A stretch of DNA of 64,000 nucleotides from NCBI GenBank assembly GCA_965237735.1, contig CBDEFV010000002.1:33958-97957 (forward strand), written 5' to 3'. Source of the stretch: Candidatus Porifericomitales bacterium (GTDB taxonomy: Bacteria > Pseudomonadota > Gammaproteobacteria > CBDEFV01). Of this stretch, positions 40,727-51,246 are shown one piece after another. Below the pieces are notes generated by a model, which saw nothing but the letters and a program-made list of their open reading frames with translations, was not told the origin of the DNA and ran no database searches. The position numbers were made by a program, and so were the translations under genes. Within the stretch, counting starts at the first letter, position 1; each line of letters starts with the position of its first letter.

Positions 40727-40755
40727 TGGTCGGGGCCTTGCCCCCGCTGTTTTCG

Positions 40756-40764
40756 TGCTATGAT
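40756..40764 (+). promoter_or_regulatory. Probable extended -10 promoter for nuoA
   Basis: TGcTATGAT about 30 nt upstream of the nuoA GTG. Confidence 0.45.
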
Positions 40765-40794
40765 TAGAACAGTTGATTCCGTTGTCCTGCCGCC

Positions 40795-41151
40795 GTGTTA
40801 GAGCTTTATTTTCCTATTCTGATGTTGTTGCTGGTCGCGCTCCTCATAGGCGGTGCGGCCTTGGCCGCCGGCCGCCTGGTCGGTTCGCGCAACCCCCACC
40901 CCGACAAGGACGCCCCCTACGAATGCGGCTTCGAGGCGTTCGAGGACGCCCGTCTCAAGTTCGACGTGCGCTACTATCTGGTGGCCATACTCTTCATCAT
41001 CTTCGACCTTGAAATCGCCTTCCTCTTTCCCTGGGCCCTGATTCTCGACGATCTGCCGGTCGAAGGCTTTCTCGCCATGGGCCTGTTTCTGCTGGTTCTG
41101 GTGGTCGGCTTCATCTATGAGTGGCGCAAGGGGGCTCTCGAATGGGAATAG
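40795..41151 (+). CDS. nuoA: NADH-quinone oxidoreductase subunit A
   Basis: [27 protein letters not shown]. Confidence 0.96.
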   Translation: MLELYFPILMLLLVALLIGGAALAAGRLVGSRNPHPDKDAPYECGFEAFEDARLKFDVRYYLVAILFIIFDLEIAFLFPWALILDDLPVEGFLAMGLFLLVLVVGFIYEWRKGALEWE

Positions 41152-41618
41152 AGGGCGCGCTCGAGCGCGGCTTTGTTACCGCCAAACTCGATAAACTCCT
41201 GAACTGGGCCCGTACCGGCTCCATGTGGCCCATGTCCTTTGGACTGGCATGCTGTGCCGTCGAGATGATGCACGCCGGCGCCTCGCGTTACGACCTCGAC
41301 CGTTTCGGCATCATCTTCCGCCCGAGTCCGCGGCAGTCCGATGTCATGATCGTCGCCGGCACCCTGACCAATAAAATGGCGCCGGCCCTGCGCCGCGTCT
41401 ATGACCAGATGCCCGATCCCAAATGGGTCATCTCCATGGGATCCTGCGCCAACGGCGGCGGCTACTATCACTACTCCTACTCAGTTGTGCGCGGCTGCGA
41501 TCGCATCGTGCCGGTCGATATCTACGTCCCGGGCTGTCCGCCGACGGCGGAGGCCCTGATCTACGGTATTCTGCAGTTGCAGAACAAGATTCGCCGGACG
41601 CACACCATCGCCCGCTAG
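41142..41618 (+). CDS. nuoB: NADH-quinone oxidoreductase subunit B
   Basis: [24 protein letters not shown]. Confidence 0.97.
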   Translation: MGIEGALERGFVTAKLDKLLNWARTGSMWPMSFGLACCAVEMMHAGASRYDLDRFGIIFRPSPRQSDVMIVAGTLTNKMAPALRRVYDQMPDPKWVISMGSCANGGGYYHYSYSVVRGCDRIVPVDIYVPGCPPTAEALIYGILQLQNKIRRTHTIAR

Positions 41619-41627
41619 ACCGCCCCC

Positions 41628-42422
41628 TTGTCCGCTGCCAAACCGACCAGGCCGGCCATGGCCGAGGGATCGAAAGACAACCGCAATCTGGCGATTATCG
41701 TCGGCGAGATCTTCCGCGACCAGCTGCTCAACCTGGAGATCGCTTTCGACGAGGTGACCCTGGAGGTGGCTCCGGGCGAGCTGCTCGATGTCTGCGGCCA
41801 GTTGCGCGATCGGCCGGAGCTCGGTTTTGAGCAGCTCATCGATCTTGCCGGCGTCGACTATCTCCACTATGGGTGCGGCGAATGGAAGGGCTCGGACAAG
41901 GCCTCCGGCAGCGGTTTCAGCCGCGGTGTCGAGGTCGAGCGCAAAACTACGGGCCGCCTGCGATTTGGCGTCGAATCCGCGCGGGAGAACAGGTCGCGTC
42001 CCCGCTTCGCCGTCGTCTATCATCTGCTGTCCTGCAGCCACAACCGCCGCCTGCGGCTGCGCTGCCCGGTCGAGGACGGCGTTGTGCCGCTGGTGCCATC
42101 GGTCACTTCCGTCTGGAACTGTGCCGACTGGTATGAACGCGAGGCTTTTGACCTCTTTGGCATCTATTTTGACAATCATCCCGACCTGCGGCGGCTGCTG
42201 ACGGACTACGGCTTTATCGGCCACCCTTTCCGCAAGGATTTCCCCCTGATCGGAGCCGTCGAGGTGCGCTACGATCCGGCTCACGGCCGCGTCGTCAACG
42301 AGCCGGTGTCGATCGAGCCGCGGGTGTTGGTGCCGCGCGTGATCGGCGGCGAGGAGGGTTCGATGCAGCCGCGGCCCGAAGTCGATCCGGCTGTCGGCGC
42401 CGAGAAGGCGACGGGGGACTGA
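41628..42422 (+). CDS. nuoC: NADH-quinone oxidoreductase subunit C
   Basis: [40 protein letters not shown]. Confidence 0.96.
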   Translation: MSAAKPTRPAMAEGSKDNRNLAIIVGEIFRDQLLNLEIAFDEVTLEVAPGELLDVCGQLRDRPELGFEQLIDLAGVDYLHYGCGEWKGSDKASGSGFSRGVEVERKTTGRLRFGVESARENRSRPRFAVVYHLLSCSHNRRLRLRCPVEDGVVPLVPSVTSVWNCADWYEREAFDLFGIYFDNHPDLRRLLTDYGFIGHPFRKDFPLIGAVEVRYDPAHGRVVNEPVSIEPRVLVPRVIGGEEGSMQPRPEVDPAVGAEKATGD

Positions 42423-42426
42423 CGGC

Positions 42427-43680
42427 TTGGCCGAGATCCACAACTACACCCTGAATTTCGGGCCCCAGCACCCGGCGGCGCACGGCGTGCTGCGCCTGGT
42501 GCTCGAGCTCGACGGCGAGGTGGTGCGTCACGCCGACCCCCACATAGGGCTGTTGCACCGGGCCACCGAGAAACTGGCTGAGACCAAGCCTTACAACCAG
42601 AACATCGGCTACATGGATCGCCTCGACTATGTCTCCATGATGTGCAACGAACACGGCTATGTGCTGGCTATCGAGAAGCTGGCGGGCATCAGGCCGCCGC
42701 TTCGCGCCCAGTACATAAGGGTGCTGTTCGACGAGATCACGCGCATCCTCAATCACCTGCTGTGGCTCGGGGCCCACGCTCTCGATATCGGCGCCATGAC
42801 GGTTTTTCTCTACGCTTTCCGCGAGCGCGAAGACCTCATGGACTGTTACGAAGCGGTGTCGGGCACGCGCATGCACGCGACCTACTACCGCCCGGGCGGG
42901 GTTCACCGCGACCTGCCGGACAGCGTCCCCCAATACGAGACGACCGCCGGACGCAGCGCCCGTGAGACAAAGAAGCTCAACGCCGACCGCCAGGGCACCC
43001 TGCTCGATTTCATCGAGGCCTTTGCCCGGCGATTTCCAGCCTGCATCGACGAGTACGAGACGCTGCTGACCGACAACCGCATCTGGAAGCAGCGCACCGT
43101 CGATATCGGCATCATCAGCCCTGAGCGCGCCCTGCAGCTCGGTTTTACCGGCCCCATGCTGCGCGGGTCCGGCATTGAGTGGGATCTGCGCAAGAAGCAG
43201 CCCTATGCGGTATACAGCGACCTCGATTTCGATATTCCAGTGGGCACGAACGGCGACTGCTATGACCGCTATCTGGTGCGCATCGAGGAGATGCGCCAGT
43301 CGGTGCGCCTGATCAGGCAGTGCGTCTCCTGGCTGCGCGACAATCCCGGCCCCGTCAGCATTGAGGATCCGGGGTTCAGCCCGCCGAAGCGGGAGCAGAT
43401 GAAGGGCAGCATGGAATCCCTGATTCACCACTTCAAGCTCTACACCGAGGGATACAGCCTGCCGGCTGGAGAGGTCTACACCGCCGTCGAGCACCCCAAG
43501 GGCGAGTTCGGCGTCTATCTCGTCTCCGATGGGGCCAACAAACCTTACCGCCTGAAGGTGCGGGCCTCCGGTTTTGCCCATCTGGCGAGTCTCAATGAGA
43601 TGGTCGCCGGCCATATGCTGTCGGATGTGGTCGCGGTCATCGGCACCCAGGACATCGTCTTCGGCGAGGTCGATCGATGA
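42427..43680 (+). CDS. nuoD: NADH-quinone oxidoreductase subunit D
   Basis: [32 protein letters not shown]. Confidence 0.98.
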   Translation: MAEIHNYTLNFGPQHPAAHGVLRLVLELDGEVVRHADPHIGLLHRATEKLAETKPYNQNIGYMDRLDYVSMMCNEHGYVLAIEKLAGIRPPLRAQYIRVLFDEITRILNHLLWLGAHALDIGAMTVFLYAFREREDLMDCYEAVSGTRMHATYYRPGGVHRDLPDSVPQYETTAGRSARETKKLNADRQGTLLDFIEAFARRFPACIDEYETLLTDNRIWKQRTVDIGIISPERALQLGFTGPMLRGSGIEWDLRKKQPYAVYSDLDFDIPVGTNGDCYDRYLVRIEEMRQSVRLIRQCVSWLRDNPGPVSIEDPGFSPPKREQMKGSMESLIHHFKLYTEGYSLPAGEVYTAVEHPKGEFGVYLVSDGANKPYRLKVRASGFAHLASLNEMVAGHMLSDVVAVIGTQDIVFGEVDR

Positions 43681-44246
43681 GCCCCAAAGCCTCTGCCCAG
43701 AAACCCCTCGCCGCCCGGGTGCAGCCCGCGGGCCAGCCCTTTGGCTTCCTGCTCGGCCCGACGACGGCCAGGATCGATCGCTGGCTCGCCCGTTTTCCCG
43801 ATGATGCCGAGGGGCGCCGTTCGGCTGTGCTCTCAGCCCTGCGGGAAGCGCAGCACCAGAGCGGAGGCCATTTAACCCCGCGCCTCATCGACGATGTCGC
43901 CGACTACATCGGCATGGCGCGCATCGACGCCTACGAAGTCGCCTCTTTCTATTCCATGCTCGAGACCGGGCAGGTCGGACGCTGCTGCATCTCCCTGTGC
44001 ACCAACCTCAGTTGCATGCTCAGGGGGGCCGACGACATCCAGGCCCATCTCGAACGGCGCCTGGGCATCAGGACGGGCGGGAGCACCGCCGATGGCCGCT
44101 TCTTCCTCAAGCGCGAGGAGGAGTGTCTGGCGGCCTGCTGCAACGCCCCGGCCATGCAGGCCGATCATCGCTACTACACCGATCTGACCGAAGAGCGGGT
44201 CGATGAAGTGCTGACGTCGCTCGGCGCCGGGCCCTTTTCCGACTAG
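43677..44246 (+). CDS. nuoE: NADH-quinone oxidoreductase subunit E
   Basis: [22 protein letters not shown]. Confidence 0.93.
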   Translation: MSPKASAQKPLAARVQPAGQPFGFLLGPTTARIDRWLARFPDDAEGRRSAVLSALREAQHQSGGHLTPRLIDDVADYIGMARIDAYEVASFYSMLETGQVGRCCISLCTNLSCMLRGADDIQAHLERRLGIRTGGSTADGRFFLKREEECLAACCNAPAMQADHRYYTDLTEERVDEVLTSLGAGPFSD

Positions 44247-44250
44247 GCCG

Positions 44251-45531
44251 GTGAAGTCGAACCAGATCTGCTTTTCCACCCTCCAGTTCGACGAGCCATG
44301 GAGCTACGGGAACTACCTGAAGCAGGGCGGCTACCAGGTGTGGCAGCGCATTCTCAAGGGCGAGTTGACGCGCATCCAGATCATCGACGAGATCAAGGCG
44401 TCGAATCTGCGAGGCCGAGGCGGCGCCGGCTTTCCCACCGGGCTGAAGTGGAGCTTCATGCCCCAGGAGTCAAAGCGCAGCTATCTGGTGGTCAACTCCG
44501 ATGAATCCGAACCCGGCACCTGCAAGGACCGCGACATCCTGCGCTTCAACCCCCACGCCCTGATTGAGGGCATGGCGATCTGCTGCTTTGCCATCGGCGC
44601 TGAGAGGGGTTACAACTATATGCGGGGAGAGTTTCTCGACGAGCCCTACCGCCGCTTCGAAGAGGCGCTCGAAGAAGTTTACGCCGAGGGTTTTCTCGGG
44701 TCTGGCCTCGGCAGCAACCGCATCAACATGGATATCGTCAGCGCTCTGGGCGCCGGAGCCTACATCTGCGGCGAGGAGACGGCCCTGCTCGAATCGCTCG
44801 AAGGCAAGAAAGGCATGCCGCGCTTCAAGCCGCCGTTTCCAGCGCAGTACGGCCTCTACGGCTGTCCGACGACGGTCAACAACACCGAAACCATCGCCTC
44901 TGTGCCGATCATCCTGCGTCAGGGCGCGGCCTGGTTTGCCGGCCTCGGCGTCGAACGCTCCGGCGGCCAGAAGATTTTCTCGGTGTCGGGCCATGTGGAA
45001 AAACCGGGCAACTACGAAATTGATCTGGGCACGCCCTTCAGCGAACTGCTGCAACTGGCCGGCGGCGTCCGCGGCGGGTGCAGGCTCAAGGCCGTGATCC
45101 CGGGGGGCTCTTCGGTTCCGGTGCTGCCCGGGGCGGTCATGATGGAGACCAACATGGACTATGACGCCATCGCCGCCAGCGGTTCCCTGCTGGGTTCGGG
45201 GGCCGTCGTCGTCATGGATGAGACGACCGACATGGTCAAGGTGCTGCGCCGTATCAGCCGCTTTTATTTTTCCGAGTCCTGCGGCCAGTGCACTCCCTGC
45301 CGCGAGGGCACCGGCTGGCTTTACCGCATGCTGACCCGCATCGTCGAGGGCCAGGGGCAGGCGGGAGACCTGGAGAAACTCGACGATGTGGCCCGCAAGA
45401 TCGAAGGCCGCACCATCTGCGCCCTCGGCGATGCCGCAGCCATGCCGGTGAACAGTTTTCTCAAGCATTTTCGCCACGAATTCGAAGCCTGTATCACCGA
45501 GCTCCAGCCTGAAAAGACAGGCACTGACTGA
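44251..45531 (+). CDS. nuoF: NADH-quinone oxidoreductase subunit F
   Basis: GRGGAGFPTG, DESEPG, YICGEETAL, ESCGQCTPCREG, TICALGD. Confidence 0.98.
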   Translation: MKSNQICFSTLQFDEPWSYGNYLKQGGYQVWQRILKGELTRIQIIDEIKASNLRGRGGAGFPTGLKWSFMPQESKRSYLVVNSDESEPGTCKDRDILRFNPHALIEGMAICCFAIGAERGYNYMRGEFLDEPYRRFEEALEEVYAEGFLGSGLGSNRINMDIVSALGAGAYICGEETALLESLEGKKGMPRFKPPFPAQYGLYGCPTTVNNTETIASVPIILRQGAAWFAGLGVERSGGQKIFSVSGHVEKPGNYEIDLGTPFSELLQLAGGVRGGCRLKAVIPGGSSVPVLPGAVMMETNMDYDAIAASGSLLGSGAVVVMDETTDMVKVLRRISRFYFSESCGQCTPCREGTGWLYRMLTRIVEGQGQAGDLEKLDDVARKIEGRTICALGDAAAMPVNSFLKHFRHEFEACITELQPEKTGTD

Positions 45532-45559
45532 CCGGGCTGATCGCTGCAGAGGTTGAGTT

Positions 45560-46432
45560 GTGGCCGCGAGATTGAAGTTGCCCGCCACCGATTACAAATA
45601 CCGGCGGGAGAACGGTAACTCCTGGTCGCTGATTGCGCCCCGGGCGGTGCGCCGTCTGAGCCGCGACCTGAAAAAGGTATATGGCCTGCTGGAGGCGAGC
45701 AACCCCCCTCGGGTGCCGGAGTCGGAGCGACTGTTGCGCGATATTCTCCACGAGCTCCCGGCCCATCTCGAGGCCCTGCTGCTGATGTCGCTGGTGCATC
45801 GGGCGCGGGGCAATGATCTCGAGGCCTATCTTTTCGCCAAGGAGGCCGTAGCTATCGGCTGGTCGGCCATGCCGGGCGATTTTGAAATAGGCAGCGATAT
45901 CCTGCCCTGGGATGGCGGCTGCAACCGCGATTTCCTCCGTGCCCAGCTGTGCTATGGCTCTGTTCTGGCGCAACTGGATTATTTCCTCGACGCCTACGAG
46001 AGCTTCACCGACCTGTTGCAACTCTGCCCGTCGGACGAGAGCGGCGCCCGCTACCACGCCATCGAAGTCGCCCTGAGCGCCAACAAGCCGCGGCTGGCCC
46101 TGAAGGTCATCGAATCCAGAGCCGACGACAGCGCCGACATGCGCTACAACCATGCCTTGGCCTGGCTGGCCGTCGGCCGGGTGGTCAGGGCGCGGGAGCT
46201 GCTTGAACCCGCGGTGCGCTCGCATCCGGCGATCGCCCGGGCGCTCCTGTCGCCGGGCTCGTCCTCTGCCTCCTCCAACCGCCCTGGCGCCTGGCCCCAG
46301 CCGTCGGAAGGCGATCCCCAGGCCTATGTCGCCCGTTTCGGCGAATTCTGGCAGAGCACCAAAGGGGCTAGGGTGCTGCTGGCCGCCACCCTCGAGGAGC
46401 CGCTCCTGGCCCGCTCCCCGAGCCGTGCCTGA
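45560..46432 (+). CDS. Hypothetical helical-repeat (TPR-like) protein
   Basis: Amphipathic helix pairs such as NRDFLRAQLCYG...LLQLCPSDESGARY and YNHALAWLAVG; no catalytic motif recognised. Confidence 0.6.
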   Translation: MAARLKLPATDYKYRRENGNSWSLIAPRAVRRLSRDLKKVYGLLEASNPPRVPESERLLRDILHELPAHLEALLLMSLVHRARGNDLEAYLFAKEAVAIGWSAMPGDFEIGSDILPWDGGCNRDFLRAQLCYGSVLAQLDYFLDAYESFTDLLQLCPSDESGARYHAIEVALSANKPRLALKVIESRADDSADMRYNHALAWLAVGRVVRARELLEPAVRSHPAIARALLSPGSSSASSNRPGAWPQPSEGDPQAYVARFGEFWQSTKGARVLLAATLEEPLLARSPSRA

Positions 46433-48146
46433 AGCCCTGCGCGAAAAAGGGTCCGAGGCTCGCGCAAAAATCGCGGCTACAGGGCCCTGGCCGAAGATTT
46501 CCCGAAGGAGGCAGGTATTTTTGTGGTTGGCGCTGGCCTGTTCGTCCATCCTCCTCATGTCGCGGGGCGGGCCTTACCAGGCCCTGGGTCTGGTCATGCC
46601 GGCGGCGCTCCTGATCGCCATCGAAACGGCCTTTCGGGGTCGCAGCTACGCCGATCCGGGCCCTCGCCATTCCAGTTTGAAGCCGCTGCTGTCGTTTTTT
46701 GCAGCGCTCTTCCTGTGCTATGCCCTGGCCGCCTTCACAGCCGGCGCCAGCCTGATTCACAGCGCCATTGATTTCGGCGGCATTCCGCGGCCCCTGGCCT
46801 ATCCTTTAGTGGCTGCGGGCCTCGGTCTCGAAGGGGCGGTTCTGCTCTTTCTTGCCTTTGTCCTGCCGGCCTGGCTGCTGCCGCGGCGCGGCGGCCTTGA
46901 CCTGCCAGCCCGCTGGCTGTGGGCGGCGACGGTCGATCTGTTTTTTCCCCGCTATATGTTTCAGTGGTCCTGGGGGGAGTGGATGCTCGAGCACCTCGAC
47001 TGGATCAGCCAGGCTGCGGATCTATTGGGCGGGCCCGGCCTCGGCACCATCGCTCTGGCCCCGGCCTTTGCCGTCCTGGCCCTCTGGCGTCGGTGGGGGA
47101 ATCGCCGGCAGGGCGACCAGAAGGAGAGTCCTTCGCCTCGCTACTGCGCGATGGCGGTCGGCGGAGCCGCGCTTCTCTGGGTCGCCGCCGCCGGCTACGG
47201 GGCGGTGCGCCTGTCGCAGCTGGATGCCGCTGCCGCGGGAGATGGCGGGATCGATTCCGCCGCCCCCAACCTGGTTGTGCTGCAGCCGAATTTTCCCGTT
47301 GGCGGCCCCCGACGGGCCAAGTTCAATGTCCTGATCGGGGACTCTGAGCAGGCCCTGAATCTGGTGCCGGCCGAGGCCCGGCGGCAGAGCATCCTCGTCT
47401 GGTCCGAATCGGTTTTTCCCTACACCCTTTCGGCGGCGTCCCGGGCCGCGCTCAAAAAATGGTCGCAGCGCTGGCAGGTCGAGATCCTGTTAGGCGCGAT
47501 CTCGGAGCCCACTGCCGCCAAGGGGCGGCGAATGCTGGCTGCCCTGTTTTCGCCGTCGGCGCCCGTGCAGGAGTACACCAAGGTGAGTCTGATTCCTTTT
47601 GGCGAATATGTGCCCCTCGCCACTGTCTGGCCTTCCTGGGGCCAGTGGTTTCGCCGCCATGTGGTGCATCTGACGGATTTTTCCGCCGGCGATGAGGCCG
47701 TGGTTTTTCAGGCTGCGGACGGCTGGAATTTTGCGCCCCTGCTCTGCTTTGACATCCAGCACCGCCACCTCGCCCGTCAGGCCGCGGGCCTGGGGGCCGA
47801 AGCCCTGCTGTTGCTGGCCAATCTGGTCTGGTTCGGCACCGAGGACGCCGAGTTCTGGATGGGGCGGGCAGCACGCTGGCGGGCGATCGAGAACCGTCTG
47901 CCAGTGCTCATGACTTCACAGAATGGCCCCACCCGGGCCTTCGATGCCGCCGGCCGCGAACTGGCCGGTTCCCTGCCGGCCAATGAACATGCCCTGGGGG
48001 TGCTGAGCCTGCCGCGGTCCGGCCTCGCCTCCGTCTACAGTCGATACGGTCCCTGGTTTGAAGGTACCCTGGCTGTCGGGGCCGCTTTGGCAGCGATTTT
48101 TACGTTTTTTGCCGCCGGCAGGCGAGACCGCGGTCGGGGCGGCTGA
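46426..48146 (+). CDS. lnt: Apolipoprotein N-acyltransferase
   Basis: GTG 46426; multi-TM N-terminus; nitrilase-fold triad regions WSES, YTKVSLIPFGEY, LLCFD; RAIEN. Confidence 0.85.
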
Positions 48147-48290
48147 TATTTTCCCGCTGAGGGCGAAAGCCGAAGAATTTTCTGTCTTTCAGCCTTTCGT
48201 CTGGATGCCTCCAGGCGTTAAATTGTTAATACCAGCTAGACTCTGGCTATTGGCTTCCTCCTGCAATTTTTCATCGACGCAGAGTCCCCC

Positions 48291-49949
48291 TTGTACCTAT
48301 ACGACCAGCACGATCAGCGCATCCTCAACGAGCGGGTAGCCCAGTTCCGCGACCAGACCCGCCGCTACCTGGCGGGTGAACTCAACGATGAGGAGTTCAA
48401 GCCGCTGCGCCTCATGAACGGGCTCTATATCCAGCTCCACGCCCCCATGCTGCGGGTGGCCATTCCCTACGGCCTCATGACGGCGGAGCAGGCGCGCACC
48501 CTGGCCACCATCGCCCGACGCTACGACAAAGGCTACGGTCACTTCACCACCCGGCAGAACATTCAGTTCAACTGGCCGCAGCTCGAGGACGTGCCGGATA
48601 TCCTCGAGGCTCTGGCGGCCGTCTCCATGCACGCGCTTCAGACCAGCGGCAACTGCATCCGCAACATCACCTGCGACCATCTTGCCGGCGTGGCCGAAGA
48701 CGAGATCGAGGATCCGCGCATCTGGTGCGAGGTTCTGCGCCAGTGGTCGACTCTCCATCCCGAGTTCAGCTACCTGCCGCGCAAATTCAAGATCGCCATC
48801 TCCGGAGCCGAGGGCAAGGATCGGGCGGCCTCGGAAGTGCACGACATCGGCCTGCACCTGAGGCGCGGTGACAACGGCGCCGTCGGCTTCTGCGTGCTCG
48901 TCGGCGGCGGCCTCGGCCGGACTCCGGTGATCGGAAAGGTCATCCGCGAGTTTTTGCCGCAGAGCGATTTTCTCTCCTACATGACGGCCATCCTGCGGGT
49001 ATACAACGAAGCGGGCCGGCGCGACAACATCTACAAGGCGCGCATCAAGATCCTCGTCAATGCCCTGGGGATCGAGGAGTTTCGCGATCAGGTCGAAAAG
49101 GAGTGGCAGCTGGTGCGGCAGGACTCCAGGCTCGAAGTCACCCCGAAACAGATCGACTGGGTACGGGAGCGATTTCCCCTGCCTCAGTGCGAGGCGGCTC
49201 CGCAGGCCGGGGTGGCCGAGGAGGACCTCGCCGACGGCGACTTTGCCCGCTGGTTGCGGCACAACACCGATGGCCACAAGGTGCCGGGCCACGCCATTGT
49301 CTACCTGTCGTTGAAGGCGCCCAAGGTGCCGCCGGGAGACATCTCCGCCGATCAACTCGACGCTGTGGCGGACATGGCCGAGCGCTACAGCTGTGGCGAG
49401 ATCCGCACGACCCACACCCAGAACCTGGTCTTTGCCCAGGTGCGGCGCGACCAGTTGGCGGCTCTCTGGCGGGAGCTGTCGGAGCAGGGTCTGGCGACGC
49501 CGAACATCGGTTCCCTGACCGACATGATCTGTTGTCCGGGGCTCGATTTCTGCTCGCTGGCCAACGCCGGCACTATCGGTATCGCCGAAGAGGTCAACAG
49601 GATGTTTGACGATCTCGACTACATCCACGACCTCGGCGATGTCCGCATCAACATCTCCGGCTGCATGAACGCCTGCGGCCACCATCACGTGGGCAACATA
49701 GGAGTGCTGGGCGTCGATAAGGACGGCGCCGAATGGTATCAGATCACCATCGGCGGCAGCTCGGGCACCGGTGCCCGCCTCGGCAAGGTCGTAGGTCCCT
49801 CGGTGCCGGCCGCCCAGTTGGTGCCGACTCTGGCGCAGATTCTGCAGGTCTACCGCGAGGGCCGGGAACCGGAGGAAAGTTTTGTCGATTTTGTCCACCG
49901 GGTTGGAGTCGCTCTGTTCAAGCAGAGTATATATGGCAGTCGTCACTAA
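48291..49949 (+). CDS. cysI: Sulfite/nitrite reductase, siroheme-[4Fe-4S] hemoprotein subunit
   Basis: HFTTRQNIQ, TSGNCIRN, LPRKFKIA, CPGLDFC, ISGCMNACG. Confidence 0.88.
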   Translation: MYLYDQHDQRILNERVAQFRDQTRRYLAGELNDEEFKPLRLMNGLYIQLHAPMLRVAIPYGLMTAEQARTLATIARRYDKGYGHFTTRQNIQFNWPQLEDVPDILEALAAVSMHALQTSGNCIRNITCDHLAGVAEDEIEDPRIWCEVLRQWSTLHPEFSYLPRKFKIAISGAEGKDRAASEVHDIGLHLRRGDNGAVGFCVLVGGGLGRTPVIGKVIREFLPQSDFLSYMTAILRVYNEAGRRDNIYKARIKILVNALGIEEFRDQVEKEWQLVRQDSRLEVTPKQIDWVRERFPLPQCEAAPQAGVAEEDLADGDFARWLRHNTDGHKVPGHAIVYLSLKAPKVPPGDISADQLDAVADMAERYSCGEIRTTHTQNLVFAQVRRDQLAALWRELSEQGLATPNIGSLTDMICCPGLDFCSLANAGTIGIAEEVNRMFDDLDYIHDLGDVRINISGCMNACGHHHVGNIGVLGVDKDGAEWYQITIGGSSGTGARLGKVVGPSVPAAQLVPTLAQILQVYREGREPEESFVDFVHRVGVALFKQSIYGSRH

Positions 49950-50460
49950 AGAAGGGCGGCTCCTGACGGTGGCTGAGGATCCGTGGGTGCGCGTCTCTTC
50001 TCTGGAGGAGGCCGGGCCGGGTGCGAAGGTGTGGCCGATTGAGCTCTACTTGGAAAAGCGTCCGCAGATTCTGGCCCTCGGCGGGTCTCGAGGGCTGGCC
50101 ATACCCAGCGGCAGGGGGCTCGATGAGTGGCGGCATCTGGTGGCCGAAGTCGACATGATCTTTCTCGACTTTGAGCAGTTCCGCGATGGCCGCCACTACA
50201 GTCTGGCGCGGCGTCTGCGCGAGCAGCTCGGCTACGGGGGGGGCCTGCGCGCCTGCGGCGAGGTTGTGCCCGATCAGTTGTTTTTTCTCGCCCGCTGCGG
50301 CTTTGATTCCTTTGAGTTGTCGCCCGCAGTCGCGACTCAGGCGCAGAACTGTCTCCGACCCTTTTCCGCCGTCTATCAGGCGGCCGGCGACGAGGCCGAG
50401 CCCCTGTGGATTCGGCGCCTCAGTGAAAGCGGCGGAAAAGAGAAGCTGACGAAAAGTTAA
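49933..50460 (+). CDS. DUF934 protein (sulfite reductase partner)
   Basis: FRDGRHYSLARRLR, LRACGEVVPDQ, RCGFDSF, YQAA; overlaps the reductase stop. Confidence 0.88.
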   Translation: MAVVTKEGRLLTVAEDPWVRVSSLEEAGPGAKVWPIELYLEKRPQILALGGSRGLAIPSGRGLDEWRHLVAEVDMIFLDFEQFRDGRHYSLARRLREQLGYGGGLRACGEVVPDQLFFLARCGFDSFELSPAVATQAQNCLRPFSAVYQAAGDEAEPLWIRRLSESGGKEKLTKS

Positions 50461-50579
50461 TTTCGCTTTAATTTCCGGGTTTTTCAGATTGAAGACCCAG
50501 CTTTGCTCTATCATGTAAACATTGCGAATCATAAAATCCGCACCCTCTCCATCTTATCCATTAACCTTCTGATTAAGAG

Positions 50580-51131
50580 ATGAAATTGACAGACGAAACG
50601 ACAGAACCCTTAGCACAAATTGAAGACAACATCGACTCGGATGACGAACTTTTTGAAGAGAGCGCTGAAGACTTCGACGCTGAGCTGGACCCAGACGATC
50701 CCTCCGACAAAATTCCCACGGCAGGCGAGGTCCAGAACCTGCAAAACCAATACCTTAACATCCTCCGCAAAGAGAAAGTTCCAGTTCTGGTCTATCTCGT
50801 CAACGGCGTCAAGCTTCAGGGTATGGTCGAATCCTTTGACCAGTATGTGGTCCTGCTGCGCAACAGCTCGAGCCAGATGATCTACAAGCACGCCATTTCG
50901 ACCATAGTGCCGATTCAACGTGGAGGCTATCCGGATCGTCACGATCCCCGCAGCGGCCCTGAACCCCGTGGCGGAGGCTATGGCGGCTACCCTGGAGGAG
51001 GCGATTACGGCGGTGGCGGCTACGGCGCCCGCAGCAAGTACCGCCCCGCCCCCGGCGGAGCTCGGCCCCGTGAAGACTCCCGCAGCAGCCGCTGGCGTCC
51101 GGGCGGCTACGAGGACGAAAACGAAGGTTAG
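50580..51131 (+). CDS. hfq: RNA chaperone Hfq with long N- and C-terminal low-complexity extensions
   Basis: Core [44 protein letters not shown]; upstream of hflX. Confidence 0.95.
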   Translation: MKLTDETTEPLAQIEDNIDSDDELFEESAEDFDAELDPDDPSDKIPTAGEVQNLQNQYLNILRKEKVPVLVYLVNGVKLQGMVESFDQYVVLLRNSSSQMIYKHAISTIVPIQRGGYPDRHDPRSGPEPRGGGYGGYPGGGDYGGGGYGARSKYRPAPGGARPREDSRSSRWRPGGYEDENEG

Positions 51132-51246
51132 CCCTTCTCGCCGCCGCCCCGATCTGCCTCTGACGGCGGACCGGTCGGCAGGATGCGGGGGCAGCGGTGG
51201 ACTGCTGTCGTCGCATACGACTCCTGCGCCCTCGGCGCGGGGGCGA

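Noticed and set aside
41860-42000. Extra segment in NuoC (YGCGEW...GFSRGVE)
   Set aside because: Similar insertions are, to my knowledge, ordinary in stand-alone proteobacterial NuoC proteins.
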